Positions 13,301-27,700 of a stretch of DNA of 64,000 nucleotides are shown here, piece after piece. The DNA comes from Paragordius varius. Taxonomy: Eukaryota; Animalia; Nematomorpha. The position numbers were made by a program, and so were the translations under genes. Position 1 is the first letter of the stretch; the number at the start of each line of letters is the position of its first letter. Where the stretch lies: assembly GCA_964247055.1 (NCBI GenBank), contig OZ176056.1, positions 5,828,001-5,892,000 of the forward strand. Direction: 5' to 3'. Under the pieces are notes generated by a model. The model was not told the origin of the DNA, ran no database searches, and worked only from the letters and a program-made list of their open reading frames with translations.

Positions 13301-15186
13301 TTGTCACAGCCTAACAATCATTGCAGTTTAACCTGTATGTATTCTCAGATTCGATATCGAGAGTTAAGAGAACGTTTGCTGTAGGTTTGTAGTAAACTTT
13401 TAAACCATTTTTTCTTTTTAGAATTTTGACAAGGTTGGTAGAATGTAGGGTAGGAATATATATTTACTTGCGATTATAATAGTAGACGATTGTGATTAAT
13501 TTGCAAAATACATGTCCGGTAGTGTTACAATTACACCGTGCCATTAGCAGAAGCGATTAACAATGATATATTGGATACTATGGCTAGGCAAAACCAGAAT
13601 ATGAAAGATATTCTGGACCAGATTGATGACCAAACTAGAAACGATTTGTAAAAAACATTAAAACGACCATACATATGTAACCCATCAATAATAAAGAAGA
13701 CATCAAAACGCTAAAGACGCACAAAGATCATAATGGCTTTAGATAAATTTGAATGCGAAAAAAATGTAAAAGAAATATTTCTAGATGAACTCACAAATAT
13801 TCCTTTTCCAATAACCTAAATCCTATATTAAATATAAGTCTTCAATTTTGTTAAGACCAATTGTTGGTTATAGAACAGCTTCTACCTATATAAAAAGTAG
13901 ATGTCTAACAAATCTATTCAATCTACTACGCAGTTATGTACATAGTGTTAAAAATTTGTTTGAATTGGCACAAAAAATATGCAACTTCATGTCAACAGAG
14001 AAAAAGTTATCGTTAATGTAACATCATCCACAAGTATTCAGCTTGACTAGAAGTTCTAGAGGAATTCGCTTAAAGACATAGGGACTTTTTTGAAAAGGAT
14101 TACCACATTAATTCAAGCCTCCTCTTAATCTAGAAAATTTTGTATACTCTTTTAGTTTTAAAAATAAATCTTATAAACTAAAAAAATGTATTCCTATAGG
14201 TAGCAGTTTTTCATTGGTGAACTGTGTCGTAGTACATTGAGAGGGTTTTAGCAAACAACGAAATAAAATTTTATAAAGGATATGGTGAGATGAGATATTA
14301 GTAAGTCTCAGAAATGAAATAAAATAAATTATTTATAGCGCTGAACAACTAATCGGAACTAACTTAATAAAGAAGAGAACATCGAAAATTCAATATGATT
14401 TTTAGCCATTGTCAAGCTAAAGTCCGCAATGACAGCCATATATCCATCGCCACAAAAGTTAATTATAGAAAATTTACAATTTCACTTTTCTATCTTTGGA
14501 GTGAATTCACCAACCATTCACCTACAAATGCACAGTATCCTGCTACATAAAGCGCACACTGCCGCTACCAAACACATTGGAAATGCAGATAAAGCAAACA
14601 AGTGAAATCGTGCAGTATCCTCTACACCAGAGAGATCACCAAGAGTGGAACACATCGGCTGTCAAAGCTGTCCTATCAGTGCCGATCAGTTCTGCTAATA
14701 ACTAGGTGCACACTGCAATACTACTGGACTGTGTTATACACACAATCGTCTACTATCATTGCCCCGATTAGTCGTAAAAATGTATGCCTACCCTACAACG
14801 GAACTTCTACCAACCTTAAATGCCGAAATTCTAAAAAAACAAAATAGTTTAAAAGTTTACAACAAACCTACAACAAAAGTTCTCTTAATGTTGTGAACTC
14901 GCGATATCGAATCAGAATACATTATACAGGTTATGCAATGACAGTCAAGAGATGGGACAGTTCAAAAGAGACATAAAGGTGTGAAATTTAAAGAGCATGT
15001 AAGAATTAGCCATTGTTTGGACATTATCCTTATTTATACAGTGCACAAAAGTATGGCTACCATATAGGCGTGAAGAGAAGCGGGACATATATCTCAGACT
15101 AAAATTATAATAAAAACCATAGCATTTTTGTTCCCATATCTTTGTATAGTATTGATATTAAATTTTTATTTATTATTTAGGTATCT

Positions 15187-15217
<31 letters not shown>

Positions 15218-18200
15218 TAGCGTTTGGAATAAAATATTATTAGTCCATAATAGAAATTTTTTTTTTAAAAAAAACAAGGGGATATTATAGACATGTGTAT
15301 TTACAACTAGGATTGTTTTTTTAAAAAAATAATTTTTATTCTTCTATGGACTAATATTGTTTTACTCCATACGCTACTGTATACACTGTGTGCAAAAAAA
15401 TTTTTAACGAAAAAAATTTTTTTTCATGAGATATGTGACCAGTGTATTCATTTGCCGCAAAATGTTATATTTGTTGACAACCTAGTTTTTGAAATATTGA
15501 GATAAAATTGAAATCGGGCAAAAGTGAAAATTAAGGAAATTCAAAAAAGAATAATAAAATTTGAAATATTATGGTTTATTATCATTTTAGGAGATAATTT
15601 TAATATATAAATAGCCTAAAATCATATAGTTTAAGTTTCTATGAAATTTCAGGTCAAAAGATGGCGTTTTTCTTTTGTCACACCTAAAAGACAAAATAAA
15701 TTCAATAAAACTATATTAAAATAATTTTTTTTAATTATTTACTACCTAAACTCACTATTAAAATCTTAAAATTCATATTTTATTCAGTAAAATAAACTTC
15801 TATATCAAAAATAAAACCAAAAATATTGTTTTTTATTTTTGCATTTTTTTGTCATCTGGTTTATGATTGTATAAAAAATTTATTCTGTTTTATTTTGGAT
15901 TCTCACATGATTAGGAATTATTAAGTATATAATTTATGCAAAATAGGAATTTAAAAGTAGTGAAATATCAACCAACAATCCGTTCACCAATACATAATTT
16001 GTCATAAAACAGACTTGTTAGAGGAAATCGTAAGGATTTTATGGTTGATACACTACTTTTAAATTTTATTTTGCATGAAATTTACACTTAATAATTCCTA
16101 ATCATGTGAGAATCCAAAATAAAACAGAATAAATTTTTTATACACTCATTAACCAGATGACAAAAAAATGCAAAAATAAAAAACAATATTTTTGGTTTAT
16201 TTTTGATATAGAAGTTTATTTCACTGAAATATGAATGTTAAGTTTTTAATAGTGAGTTTAGGTAGTAAATAATAAATAAAATAATTTTAATATAGTTTCA
16301 TTGATTTTATTTTGTCTTTTAGGACAAAAGAAAAACGCCATCTTTTGACCTGAAATTTTATCGAAGCCCAAACTATATGATTTTAGGCTATTTACATATT
16401 AAAATTATCTCCTAAAATGATAATAAACCATAATATTTCAGATTTTATCATGTTTTTTGAATTATCCTTAATTATCCTTAATTTTCACTTTTTGCCCGAT
16501 TTCGATTTTCTCTCAATATTTTAAAAACTAGGTTGTCAACAAAAAAAATTTTGCGGCAAATGACATTGGTCATAAGCTATCTCATGAAAAAAATTTTTTT
16601 CGTTAAATCAAAATGACCCTCTTTTTTGCACACAGTGCATATATATAAGAGTGCTGTGTGTTGGTATTAATTACATTTATACCATATGCGCCTACTAGAT
16701 TGTAACCTTCGTGATAATTTTCTTTATCCATTTAACCAATTAAAAATTTATTGATTAAGTCACATAATTTATATCAATGCATTTACATTATTTTAAGTTC
16801 GAGTTTTTATTTTAATATTTTTTTTTATCTTCTACATTATTCACGACGTATATATTTTTATACTATCAGATATTGAATCATTAAGAAGAGAAAATATGTA
16901 AACGTTTTTTTCTGGCGTAATTTGAAAAAAAGTTTTTCCAAGCCCATATTTTCGAAATCAACCAAATTAATAGAAGGCTTTTTTTCATGTATTATTAAAA
17001 ATGAGTTTGATAATTAAGGGATGGTAAGAAGGTTAGTTAGGCAAATTAAATGTGTAAATGATTAAAAGGTTAAATTTGTAGGGTTTTAATTTAATTCCAA
17101 TAAAATTTTGCTTAATGGTGTGAATATTTAAAGAAAAATCAAACCTTATATATTTGTCATTTTGATGATTGCTTTTGTCCAATAATTCCTTGATTCCATC
17201 ATATAATGTTTGACGCTCCAATTGCAATTTTATCCAACAACGTAAAAATCCGATGGGAGATTTCGTGATATCTCTAACTATTTTATGCTTCAATATGTTT
17301 CTAAAAAATTATTGATATAACATTTTTCAAAAAAAGTTATGTAACACAAAAAAGGTTACATTGCTATAAAACTTTAAGCCAGTTACGAATTATGACGATA
17401 AAAATATTTATATAATCGATAAATTCAAAGAATATAGGTAATATAATAAAAATTATTAAAGTTTAAAAAACACATCTAATAACACAACATCATTGGCATA
17501 TAAATAGTTTATAATTCCTATTTTTATACTCTAGCCCTTGTTAATCGATTTCGCCTGATATTAGCAAACAATGTATTCACTATCCAAATTTATATATAGG
17601 GGCATTTTAAATAAGAATTATTTGGTTAAATTATATAATGTAACAAACTCTAAATCATAGAGTAAAGTAGTAGGCATTTGGGATTGTTGAAGTAAAGAAG
17701 ATTGCAACACATCTCTCACATACAACTCCTTTGGCCAAATTGATTTGCTGATTAAGTTAAAGAAATTTGTTACAAACGGCATTTGTTTTGAAGTCGTCGA
17801 TAAAGTTTCGGCCTTTTTTAGTTTTTGTCCTTCATCTTTATGATTCAATTTTACATGTGATGTTTCATTTTCTGGTTTTATCATGTGATGATCATTAATT
17901 TTTAAAGAGCCCGTTGGTTTAAAAAGCTTTGTATTGGTATTATTAATTTCATCCTTCCTTTTTGGAATCTTCAAAGAAAAAGTTGACTTTTGAAACTTGC
18001 CCTTCTCAGGATTTTTATTTATGCAATTTTTTTCGCCGTTTATATTATGTTGAGGGTTAAGAGGTGTTGAGGTTAGTAATGTTGGACCATTTGACTCTTT
18101 GCATTTTTGATCATTATGCTTATACTTATGATTGGGATGTAAAAAATCAGTGTTTGTCTCTGATTTAAATAAATAGTATGATATTTGAATTAATAGATAA

Positions 18201-21200
18201 ATGCTTAACGTTATTTATATTACAGCAAATGACTACAAAAGAAATTGTCTAAAAGCGTTAATTTCTTAACCTATACAAACGCCTAAGCTATCATGTTTGG
18301 AAAAAAAAACGTTAACAATACTTGGATCGACTAGTAAGAGTATAGCATATTATTTATATACTTCATCTTTTGGCGTAGTTTTATATATATAAGGGCCATT
18401 TAAAATTTAAATATCTTAAAAAATATTTTTATGAATGGGCCAAATTTAAAAATATGCTTTCTTTTATTTTTTAAGCGAAAAATAAAAAAATTATATAAAA
18501 ATAAATCTTCCTCTGACTTTGCGCCCCCATTGTTTTCTGTAAATATTTTAAATCCCGAATACAACAGTAAATGTAAATTATGGTTAAAAAATATATCTAA
18601 TTAACTTTAGAGATCTTTCAAATTATTAATTATTAGCAAAATTTTCAAATTCATTGATTATAATATCATCCGTTCGTTTATATTGTATTTTAAAGCTATA
18701 ATTTGGGAATTTAGGAAACTGTAAAAAATCTAAGTTTTCCTCATCTAGAAAACAATATTTAATAATTGTATTTATACCAAAACAAATTTCAAAATAATAT
18801 ATGTTTAAACTTCCAGCTAGGGGTTAAAAACTACCCAAAAATGTCATCGTAAACAAAAAAATGAAAAGATTATAAATTGTTAATGTAAAGTTACAGTTGA
18901 AGTAAAATTATTATTCATTTTCATTATTGACAGATATAAGTAATAATACTTTTAGGAAAAGCGAGTTGTCTATACATCTATTAAATAATATTTTTCTTCT
19001 TTGTAGATTTTAACCTCAAAGTACAATTGTTAGATAATACTGTAAATGAGTTAGAAGTTAAATATGATTTTTCTACCGTCTTCATCTAATATAGGTGATA
19101 GAGTTGTATGCGTATCATTGGAAGCCACAGTTTCAAACTTAAATCTATAGGACGCTTTTTTGGTACTGATATTATGGGGTATTTTTTCAGTGTCATTTTT
19201 CGCCAACACTATAAAATATAAAAATAATTTACACATCCGTCAACACAAAATGACAAATTTCGTAATCAATATAAAAAACCTTTGGACACAACGCTATCGA
19301 TATTATCAGGAATTAGAAAATTTGCGTTTGTGAGCTTATTGGTTTTAACATCTACCGATGTATTTGATAATTGAGATTGGTTAAATAACTTTGTTGGCGA
19401 ATGAGGTATATGACGCAGTAAATGGTGCAACAATGCACATGAACGGTATAAGGAATGATTTTTGCGAGGAGAAGTTTCTTTCGAAATATTTTTTGTTTTT
19501 GGTGAAGTTTTGGAATTTGTGGCACTGGTGGGTATCATTGCATGATAATAATAATTAGAATTGAATTTATAACCATGACTCCATACTCGACACAATAGGT
19601 CACAAAACATGCCTAGGTAATTTATAATATATCTTAAATTTCATTAAAAAACACTAAATAATAAAATAAAATACATCGAACTATAGTAAATCAAGAAAAT
19701 TAAATATAACTACCAATTAAAGTATTTTCTGCAACAAAGCCAGGGAAATCACTCGTGAATGAGTCGATTAGATCATTATTTTGTGCTAATTGTGATATTT
19801 CTTTATAACTATTATCGATGTTGTATGTTTTTAAATTAAGATCACATAATTTATCATTGATTAACTTGTCGTTATATTTGTGTTCCTTGCATAATTTTTC
19901 TTTCAACATTCGTTTTGTCTAAAATATTCATTATTTACGATATAAAACTATTGTGTAAAATTATAATGATTAAAAAATACATTTATATAGAGTATGACTA
20001 AGTATACATTGTTAGAAAGTTTTTAATTATTGCCAAATAGTAAATAAAACAAAGGACAGTATTATTGGCTTATAGTTATATTTTCACTTTATATTTTTAT
20101 TAACCAATAATACTGCCCTTAGTTGTATATACTATTTGGCAATCATTAATAACATTCTATCAATGCATACTTACTCATACTGTAAAATCTAATACTAGGT
20201 TAGTAGGGAAACCATTGTGTCGCTTAAAAATACTTAAATAAATTACAATTTTGAACAAAAATATTGTCTTAGCAACTGTATATTAAATGACAATTGAGAA
20301 TACCATACACATTGGAATCAAAAAAATCTAACTAGTTCCAGTTCTAAAAAAGATGGTTACCCCATTATTGAGAACTTATTAACAAAATTATTGGCCTTGA
20401 TAGGTATTTTAATATTTTAATATACGTTGGCAAATGGATATTTAGTTATAACCTGTTTAAAAACTTAATTCATCGAACAAATATGATAAAACATAACGTT
20501 TGCGTATACTCTAATTTTAGTTTCATGTAACAAAGCACCGACAAATTTCCAATGGGCATTTGATATTTGGGTTGGTGATAATACGGGAATGTGTTCCACA
20601 TTATCGACTTTTTGAGAATTTGTGGGTATTTGAATTTTATTAGTGACCACATTTAAATTTGTATTGATTTGACCTTCTTCGATCTATATCATCATATAAA
20701 TTTGTTTTATTGATCAAAAGTGAATAAAAAATTATTTTACCTGATCTGCTTGATGACTGATAGAATTCCTTGATAAAATACATATTTTATAAAAAAAAAT
20801 TAATTAACAGATATATGTAAAACGGTATACCCAATTATCAACTCATTGATCAATATAAAATCTATTGGTATGTTTGTTTCAGATAATTGATATTGTTGAT
20901 TTTTTATGGAGCTCTTTACCGAGTGAATAAAATCTACAAAAAATATATTAAATTTTAGTGATCGCTTCAAAAATGCAAAACAGCAAATAAGATTAAAACA
21001 CAATTGCTATTTTGGTTATTAGTGGAAAAGTTTAATGCATCTTTTGACAGATTAAAAATAAAAAAGATCAATTTATACCATATATTTCAAAGACATTAAA
21101 GAATGCGTATTAATAACACAATCTTTAAAAGCGTATAAAACTTACGACAGAAAATCAATAATTTTATATTTAATTAATATAAATGGGGCGTTTTAATTAA

Positions 21201-21726
21201 ATTTGAATCAAACCGAAAATTACATACCTTTTTCACATATATTAATTGTGATGACATTCTTGAAGGCTTCAGCGGATGCAATAATTTTATCATTATTAAA
21301 TATTGAAACATCCATTTTTTCTACTGTAACAATCAATATCAAGATTAATAAATTATATTACATCCAGATAAAATAAAAAAAAATCAATGTAATTACAAAA
21401 GTTGGAAAGGTATCGCCTTAATACAACGGGTTCCAATAATTGTTGATTTGAAAGCAACATATGTAGGGATGAGAATTTCTATGCATAGAAAATGAAAATA
21501 AAATCAATTTTCGATTGTATTTTGTTGATAAATTACTGTAACATAAAAATGGTAAATATTTTACGGAAAAGTCTATATTTTCCATAATATGGTGAGATAT
21601 AAGAGATTGATTAATTGCCGGCGAATGAAATGGTGAATTTGTTTCTTGATGACATAACTTCATCATTTTCATAAAAAAGGATAAATAGTTTTAACTATTG
21701 CCATCTTGTTGATCTAAATTATTAAA

Positions 21727-21757
<31 letters not shown>

Positions 21758-24700
21758 ATAATTTTTGACGATTTAATCGGTCGTACCAAAAATGATTTCA
21801 TTGGTAATTCGATTGGTGTAAATGCATGTTGCCTAATCAGTGTCAAACAAATAGAGGTAACCATACTTAGTTCAAATATATAATCCCATATTTATTGCTA
21901 AGTTGCATAGCAAATGGGAAATAGGCTTTCAATTCGGGAGGATCCGGGGAAGGATTGGTATCATCATTATTAATATTTTTATCATTAGGACCATGAGAGG
22001 GGTGGTTATGATATTATCATTAGTATCGTTCTGTTGTTCCGATCACAACACTTCTGGTCAGATAGCTTAAATTCATCTGGACCTTCTTTTCGCGCTCTTA
22101 ATTAATCAGTATGTTTTCGTAAAAACTTACCTCTATCTTCGATATTGTATGACAATAATCCAGTCCGCTTTACTACTTTTCCTTCTCGCCATCCGGCTTC
22201 TGACACATTCTTTATAAATACTTTCTCACCTGAAACGAACTCAAGCATACAATCTGAGGTACGATCAATATAATCCGTTGGTTTTCCTTTCATCCAGGAC
22301 AGCAGTGTCGGTAAATTTCGCTTTTGAAATAGTCGTGCAGGTGTCTCATTTATACCAGTGTGATGTGATCTGAGCCTAGAATACCTGGTTTAACCGGCGT
22401 TCTGGATCTGCTACTTCAGAATTACACATATAATAGTGCGTTTTCAAGGTTTGAATAACCCTTTCGACCAAACCATTTCGAATGTGGTACGGCAGTTACA
22501 TGCTTCATATTAGAGGAACTTAATATTCTTTCAATATTATCGGACTTAAAATACAACGCATTATCAGTTGCAATCATCTCTGGGGTTCCATATCGTTCAA
22601 ACCAACTTTCATAATAGTGAGAGTGTTTACTGTTTTAAGCTGTGCCACTTCCACCCATCGGGTACAGTGATTTATAATGACCCAAAGTAGAGGTTATATA
22701 TACTGCCCCGCTATATCGAGATGCAACCATTCCCAAATGGTGGTGTTCGGGTTCCATTTATAAGTCGGGATTATTGCAATGTTGAACCGTGACTTTTGAC
22801 AACTTGAACATCTTACCCATTTTTCGATATCCTGGTTCAATTTGGACCAAAACACACTAGTCTTATCTATTGCTTTCATGGAGTGGATACGGGTGACCTT
22901 TATGAAGATAAGTAAGATCGACCCTCATGCTTTAAGGAACAATAAGACGGTCACCTAAATATAGAGGGCCGTCTTATTGTTCGATATTATATTTCATTGG
23001 TTTTGATTAGAGGTTAATGGTCTGTTATGATATCGATTTTCTACCATATAAAAATGTTTTAAATTTCTCTAGGGACAATAAAATGGCTTTTGCCTCTTTT
23101 TCTATAACCGAAGAATTTTTTTCAGCTGGGGAACATTTTTTTGAAAAATATGCAATAAGTCGTTTACTTTCCGACGTCTTGTGCGACAGGATGGCTCACG
23201 AACCCCTCACCAGATGCACCTGTTTCTAATATAAGGTAGAGCCTTGGGTTAAAAGAAAAAGAGACGGGTGTTATTTCCTATTAAGAACTTAGCCCTTTCA
23301 AAAATATTTTGATTTACGTAGGTCCAACACCATTTGTTTTGGGAACGAGCTAGCTGAGGAAGTACGTTGTCAATATGAAGTATAACGTGAATGAAAGTTT
23401 AAAAAGCCCAAAAACAATCGGAGACTTGTTTTATCTTTAGGGGCTGAACACTTCGAACGGCCTTATTATAAATGCTCGCAGGTTTTATACTTTTTTTCTG
23501 ATATAGTAAGCCCCAAATATTCAACTTCCTGTTGAAAAAGAATTTACCCATTCGTTTTATTCCTTCAAATTGTGTTAGGTTTCTATAATAGTCCTCATTA
23601 TTTCCGTAACAATTCGCTGTTCCCTTACAATCCCCTAATAACTTATCCATGATCTGTTGGAATATACTAGGCGCACACGACAGAAGGGAGCCTAGTCTGT
23701 TTAATTAAGATTCCGGGTGCACTGTAATTTGAAGATTAACATCTTTTAAATTTAATGATGAAAACGTCTTATGTAAAATTTTAAAAAATCATCAAATGTG
23801 GGTATAATATATTGAATTGTTAATATAAATTTTATTGACACTTTAAAATCTCCGCACATTCTTAACTCATTATTCGACTTTAAAATGTTTACTACTAAAC
23901 CAACAAATTTTAGACTGCTAAGGGTCTACTGGTTCAATAATTTTTAAGGATAGTATCCTTTTCTCTTCACCTAATTTTTTTTATAGGCTAAGAGAACCTT
24001 TCTAGCCGGAAATTCCCGGCCCCTACTATTGTTTTCTAAAAATATCTTTATCGGTTCCCCTTTCCAACAACCTAATTTGTATTCAAATAACTTAAATTCT
24101 TTTGTATATATCGGTTGTGTGATATAATTTATTAATAAATAATTCATTAGGCAATGGGATATTGAATAGCTGGATCCCATCCATGCCAAATATTAGAGGA
24201 TGATGTCTTTTTGTAATTAAGCACTTTGTTATCTTTGTTACTTTATAATTCAAGAGTTAGTTGTTTATTCTATTACATGCAAAGGATTATTATCATATGT
24301 GTTGTCTTAAAATTAATGGGTTTTATTTTAGGCTTCTCTATGCTAAAATTTATTAACGATATGTCGGCCATTGGGTGTTCGACGTGGGTTGAGTTTATTT
24401 TTACATTTATTTAATTTTACTATATTATTCACAGGCATATTTGTTATGGCATTGGATGCCACAATGATTTCTGCCGTGACTCTTGAAGCATTCCTTCCCA
24501 AAAGCTGGGCAGCATCCGTATTTGTGGATGCGACCACTTTTGAAACACGGTTTTACAATAGATTTGCGTTTAACCAGATATTTCATTATTCATTTTAATA
24601 ATACCATCATTATAGCTCTCATTATTATTACCATCATTATAGCTTTCATTATTATGACCATTATTATTACTTTCTATACTATCATTATTTTATATCGCTC

Positions 24701-27700
24701 TCACTGAGTTCGCTTAGGCGAGAATTTGCTTATGCTAAAGCCAAATTTAGAACCTTATTTAACCCTAATGGTGTATCATTGTCTAATGTCTTCGGGTAAC
24801 TGCCAAGTAATTTTTCATCTAGTTGTTTTTCCATCAAACCACATATGAATATTTCCCGTATTAGCTCGTCGATGTAACCTTTGAATTGGCATGCGGCAGC
24901 TAAATTCTTGAGTTCTATTTGGCTTTAGCACAAAAAATTTCGACTGGAAGCGAACTCAGTGAGAGCGATATATAATAAAGATAATATAGAAAGTAATAAA
25001 ATGGTAATAATAATCAAAGCTATAATGATGGTAATATTAATATGACAGATAATAATGAAACATCTGGTAAATCGCAAATCTAGCGTAAAACCGTGTTTCA
25101 AAAGCGGTTGCATCTACGGATGCTGCCCAGGTTTTGGCAAGGAATGCTCCAAATGTCACGGCAAAAATCATTTTGGCAGCCAATGCCAGAATAAATAGCC
25201 AGCAATAACTGCTATTTGAATAATGAAGTAAAAAAACCTAAAATAAATGTAAAAACAAACTCGACCCATGTCGAAATGTTATTCGACACGAAGGCCGACA
25301 TATCGTTAATAAGTTTTAGCACATTTAAGATAGGAAAACCTAAAATAAAACCCATTACTTTTAAGACAAACATATATGATAATAATCCTTTACACGTAAT
25401 AGAAGAGACACTTGAATTATAAAGTAACAAAGATAACAAAGTGCTTTATTACAAAAAGACATCTTCCTCTAATATTTATGGATGGAATCCAGCTATTCAA
25501 TATCCATTGCCTAATAAATTATATATTAATTAATTATATCACACAACCGATATTTACAAAAAATTTAAGTCAATATTTGAATACAAATTGGGTTGTTGGA
25601 AAGGGGAACCGATAAAGATATTTTTAGAAAACAATAATGGGGGCCGGGAATTTCAGGCTAGAAAGGTTCTCTTAGCCTTACAAAAAATTTAAGTGAAAAG
25701 AAATAGATAGTATCCTTAAAAATTATTGAACCTGTAGACCCTAAGCATTCTAAAATTTGTTGGTCCAGTTAGTAAACATATTAAAGTCGAATAATGAGTT
25801 AAGAATGTGCGGAGATTTTAAAATGTCAATATATATATTAACAATTCAATATATAATACCCACATTTGATGATTTGATTTCCAAAATTTCACATGACGTT
25901 TTCAACAATAGATTTAAAAGGTGCTTATCTTCAAATTCCAGTGCACCAATCTCAAAATCTTCTTACAACAAATACAAATCTTGGTTTTTTTAAATATACT
26001 AGGCTCCCTTCTGTCGTGTGCACCTAGTATTTTACAACAGATCATGGATGAGCTATTAGAAGATTTAAGGGAACAGCGGTCTACTTAGATGATGTAATTG
26101 TTACGGGGAACGGACGAGAAGCATTAGAGAAACCTAACACAAGTATTTGAAAGAATAGAACGAATGGGTCTTAAATTCTTTTTCAATAGGAAGTAAAATA
26201 TCTGGGGTTTACTATATCAGAAAAAATATAAAACCTTCGAGCAGTAAGATTAAGACCATGTGCCCAGCCCCTAAAGATAAAACAAGCTTCCGATCGTTTT
26301 TGGGCCTTTTTAACTTTGATTCACGATTTACACCTTCGCTAAATACAATTGTCAACGAACTTCATCAGCTAGAGCTGGTTCCCAAAAGAAATGGTGTTGG
26401 ACAGATGTACATCAAAATATTTTTGAAAGCTAAGTTCTTAATAGGGAATAACACCCGTCTCTTTCCTTTTAACTCAAGACTCTCCTTATCTGAGAAAGGG
26501 TTCGGGGCCATCCTGTCGCACAAGACGTTGGAAGGTAAAGGACCCATTGTATATTTTTCAAAAAAATGTTACCCTGCTGAAAAAAAATATTCGGTTATAG
26601 AAAAAAGGCAAAAGCCATTGTATTGGCCCTAGAGAAATTCAAATGTATGGTAGAAAATTCGATATCAGAACAGACCATAAACCTATTATCAAATTATTCG
26701 GGCATCAACGTATATTAAGCGAGCTAAACAATAGTACTTTACTAAAAACATCCATTTTCGACTTCAAAATAATGTACTACCCGGGAACCGAAAAAGCAGG
26801 CTCACTATCAAGACTACCAACTGAGATAACTGAAGGTTGTGACGAGGATATAGCGCAGGAGGGCCGGTTGCTATGGTGTCAGGAGTTAAATTAAAACACG
26901 GACAGGGTGCTTAAGGAAACTATGAGCGATGAAGTGTGTAAACAGATTAAAGCAGCCCGAAAGACCAATGTGGGGTACAGTCCTATAAACTACTAAGAAA
27001 TGATATCGAACAATAAGACAGCCTTTTTATATCTAGGTGATTGTCTTATTGTTTCTTAAAGCATGAGGGTTGATATTCTTACTCATCTTTAAAAAGGTCA
27101 CCCTGGTATCCAGTCCATGAAAGCGTTAGGTAAGACTGGTGTGTATTGGCCCAAATTGAACCAGATAAAATGGGTGCAAAGATGTTCAAATTGTCAAAAA
27201 TCACCGTTCAAAATTGCATTAAGCCCGACTTATAAATGGAAGCCGAATACCACCGTTTGGGAGCGGTTGCATCTCGATAGGGCGGGCTGTATATAACCTC
27301 TACTGGGTCATACTTCTAGATCACTGTACCCGTTGGGTTGAAGAAAACACATCTTAAAGTAAAATCATTCAGTATTTTGAAAATTTTAGAAAGGTTTGCA
27401 CGATATGGAATGCCATAGATGATTGTAACTGATAATGCGTCGTATTTTAAGTCCGGTGATTTTAAAAGAATATTATGCTCTAATATCAAGCATGTAACTT
27501 ATGCGCCATACCACCCTCAGGCAAATGGTTTAGTGGAAAGGGTTAAAACCTTGAAAACGCACTATTATATGTGTAATTCTGAATTAGCAGATCCAGAACG
27601 CCGGTTAAACCAGGTACCGTGGGCTACATGTCTGCGCATCACAATAGTATAAATGCACCTGCATGACTATTTTTAAAAGAAATTTACCGACACCGCTGTC

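Larger units (their letters stand above)
12890..16770 (+). mobile_element. Degenerate Penelope-like retroelement (RT + GIY-YIG) with a ~500 bp inverted copy of its 3' end at the 5' side
   Basis: RT remnant KNKSYKLKKCIPIGSS (~14160-14210; PLE YxQxxGxPMGS). GIY-YIG remnant GQFKRDIKV.KFKEH (~14955-14998), mirrored on the minus strand as YRLNCNDC..RDLKVKFKEH (~13268-13345). Segment 12890-13410 is the reverse complement of 14840-15190 plus 16640-16770; the right arm is split by two MITEs. Confidence 0.75.
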
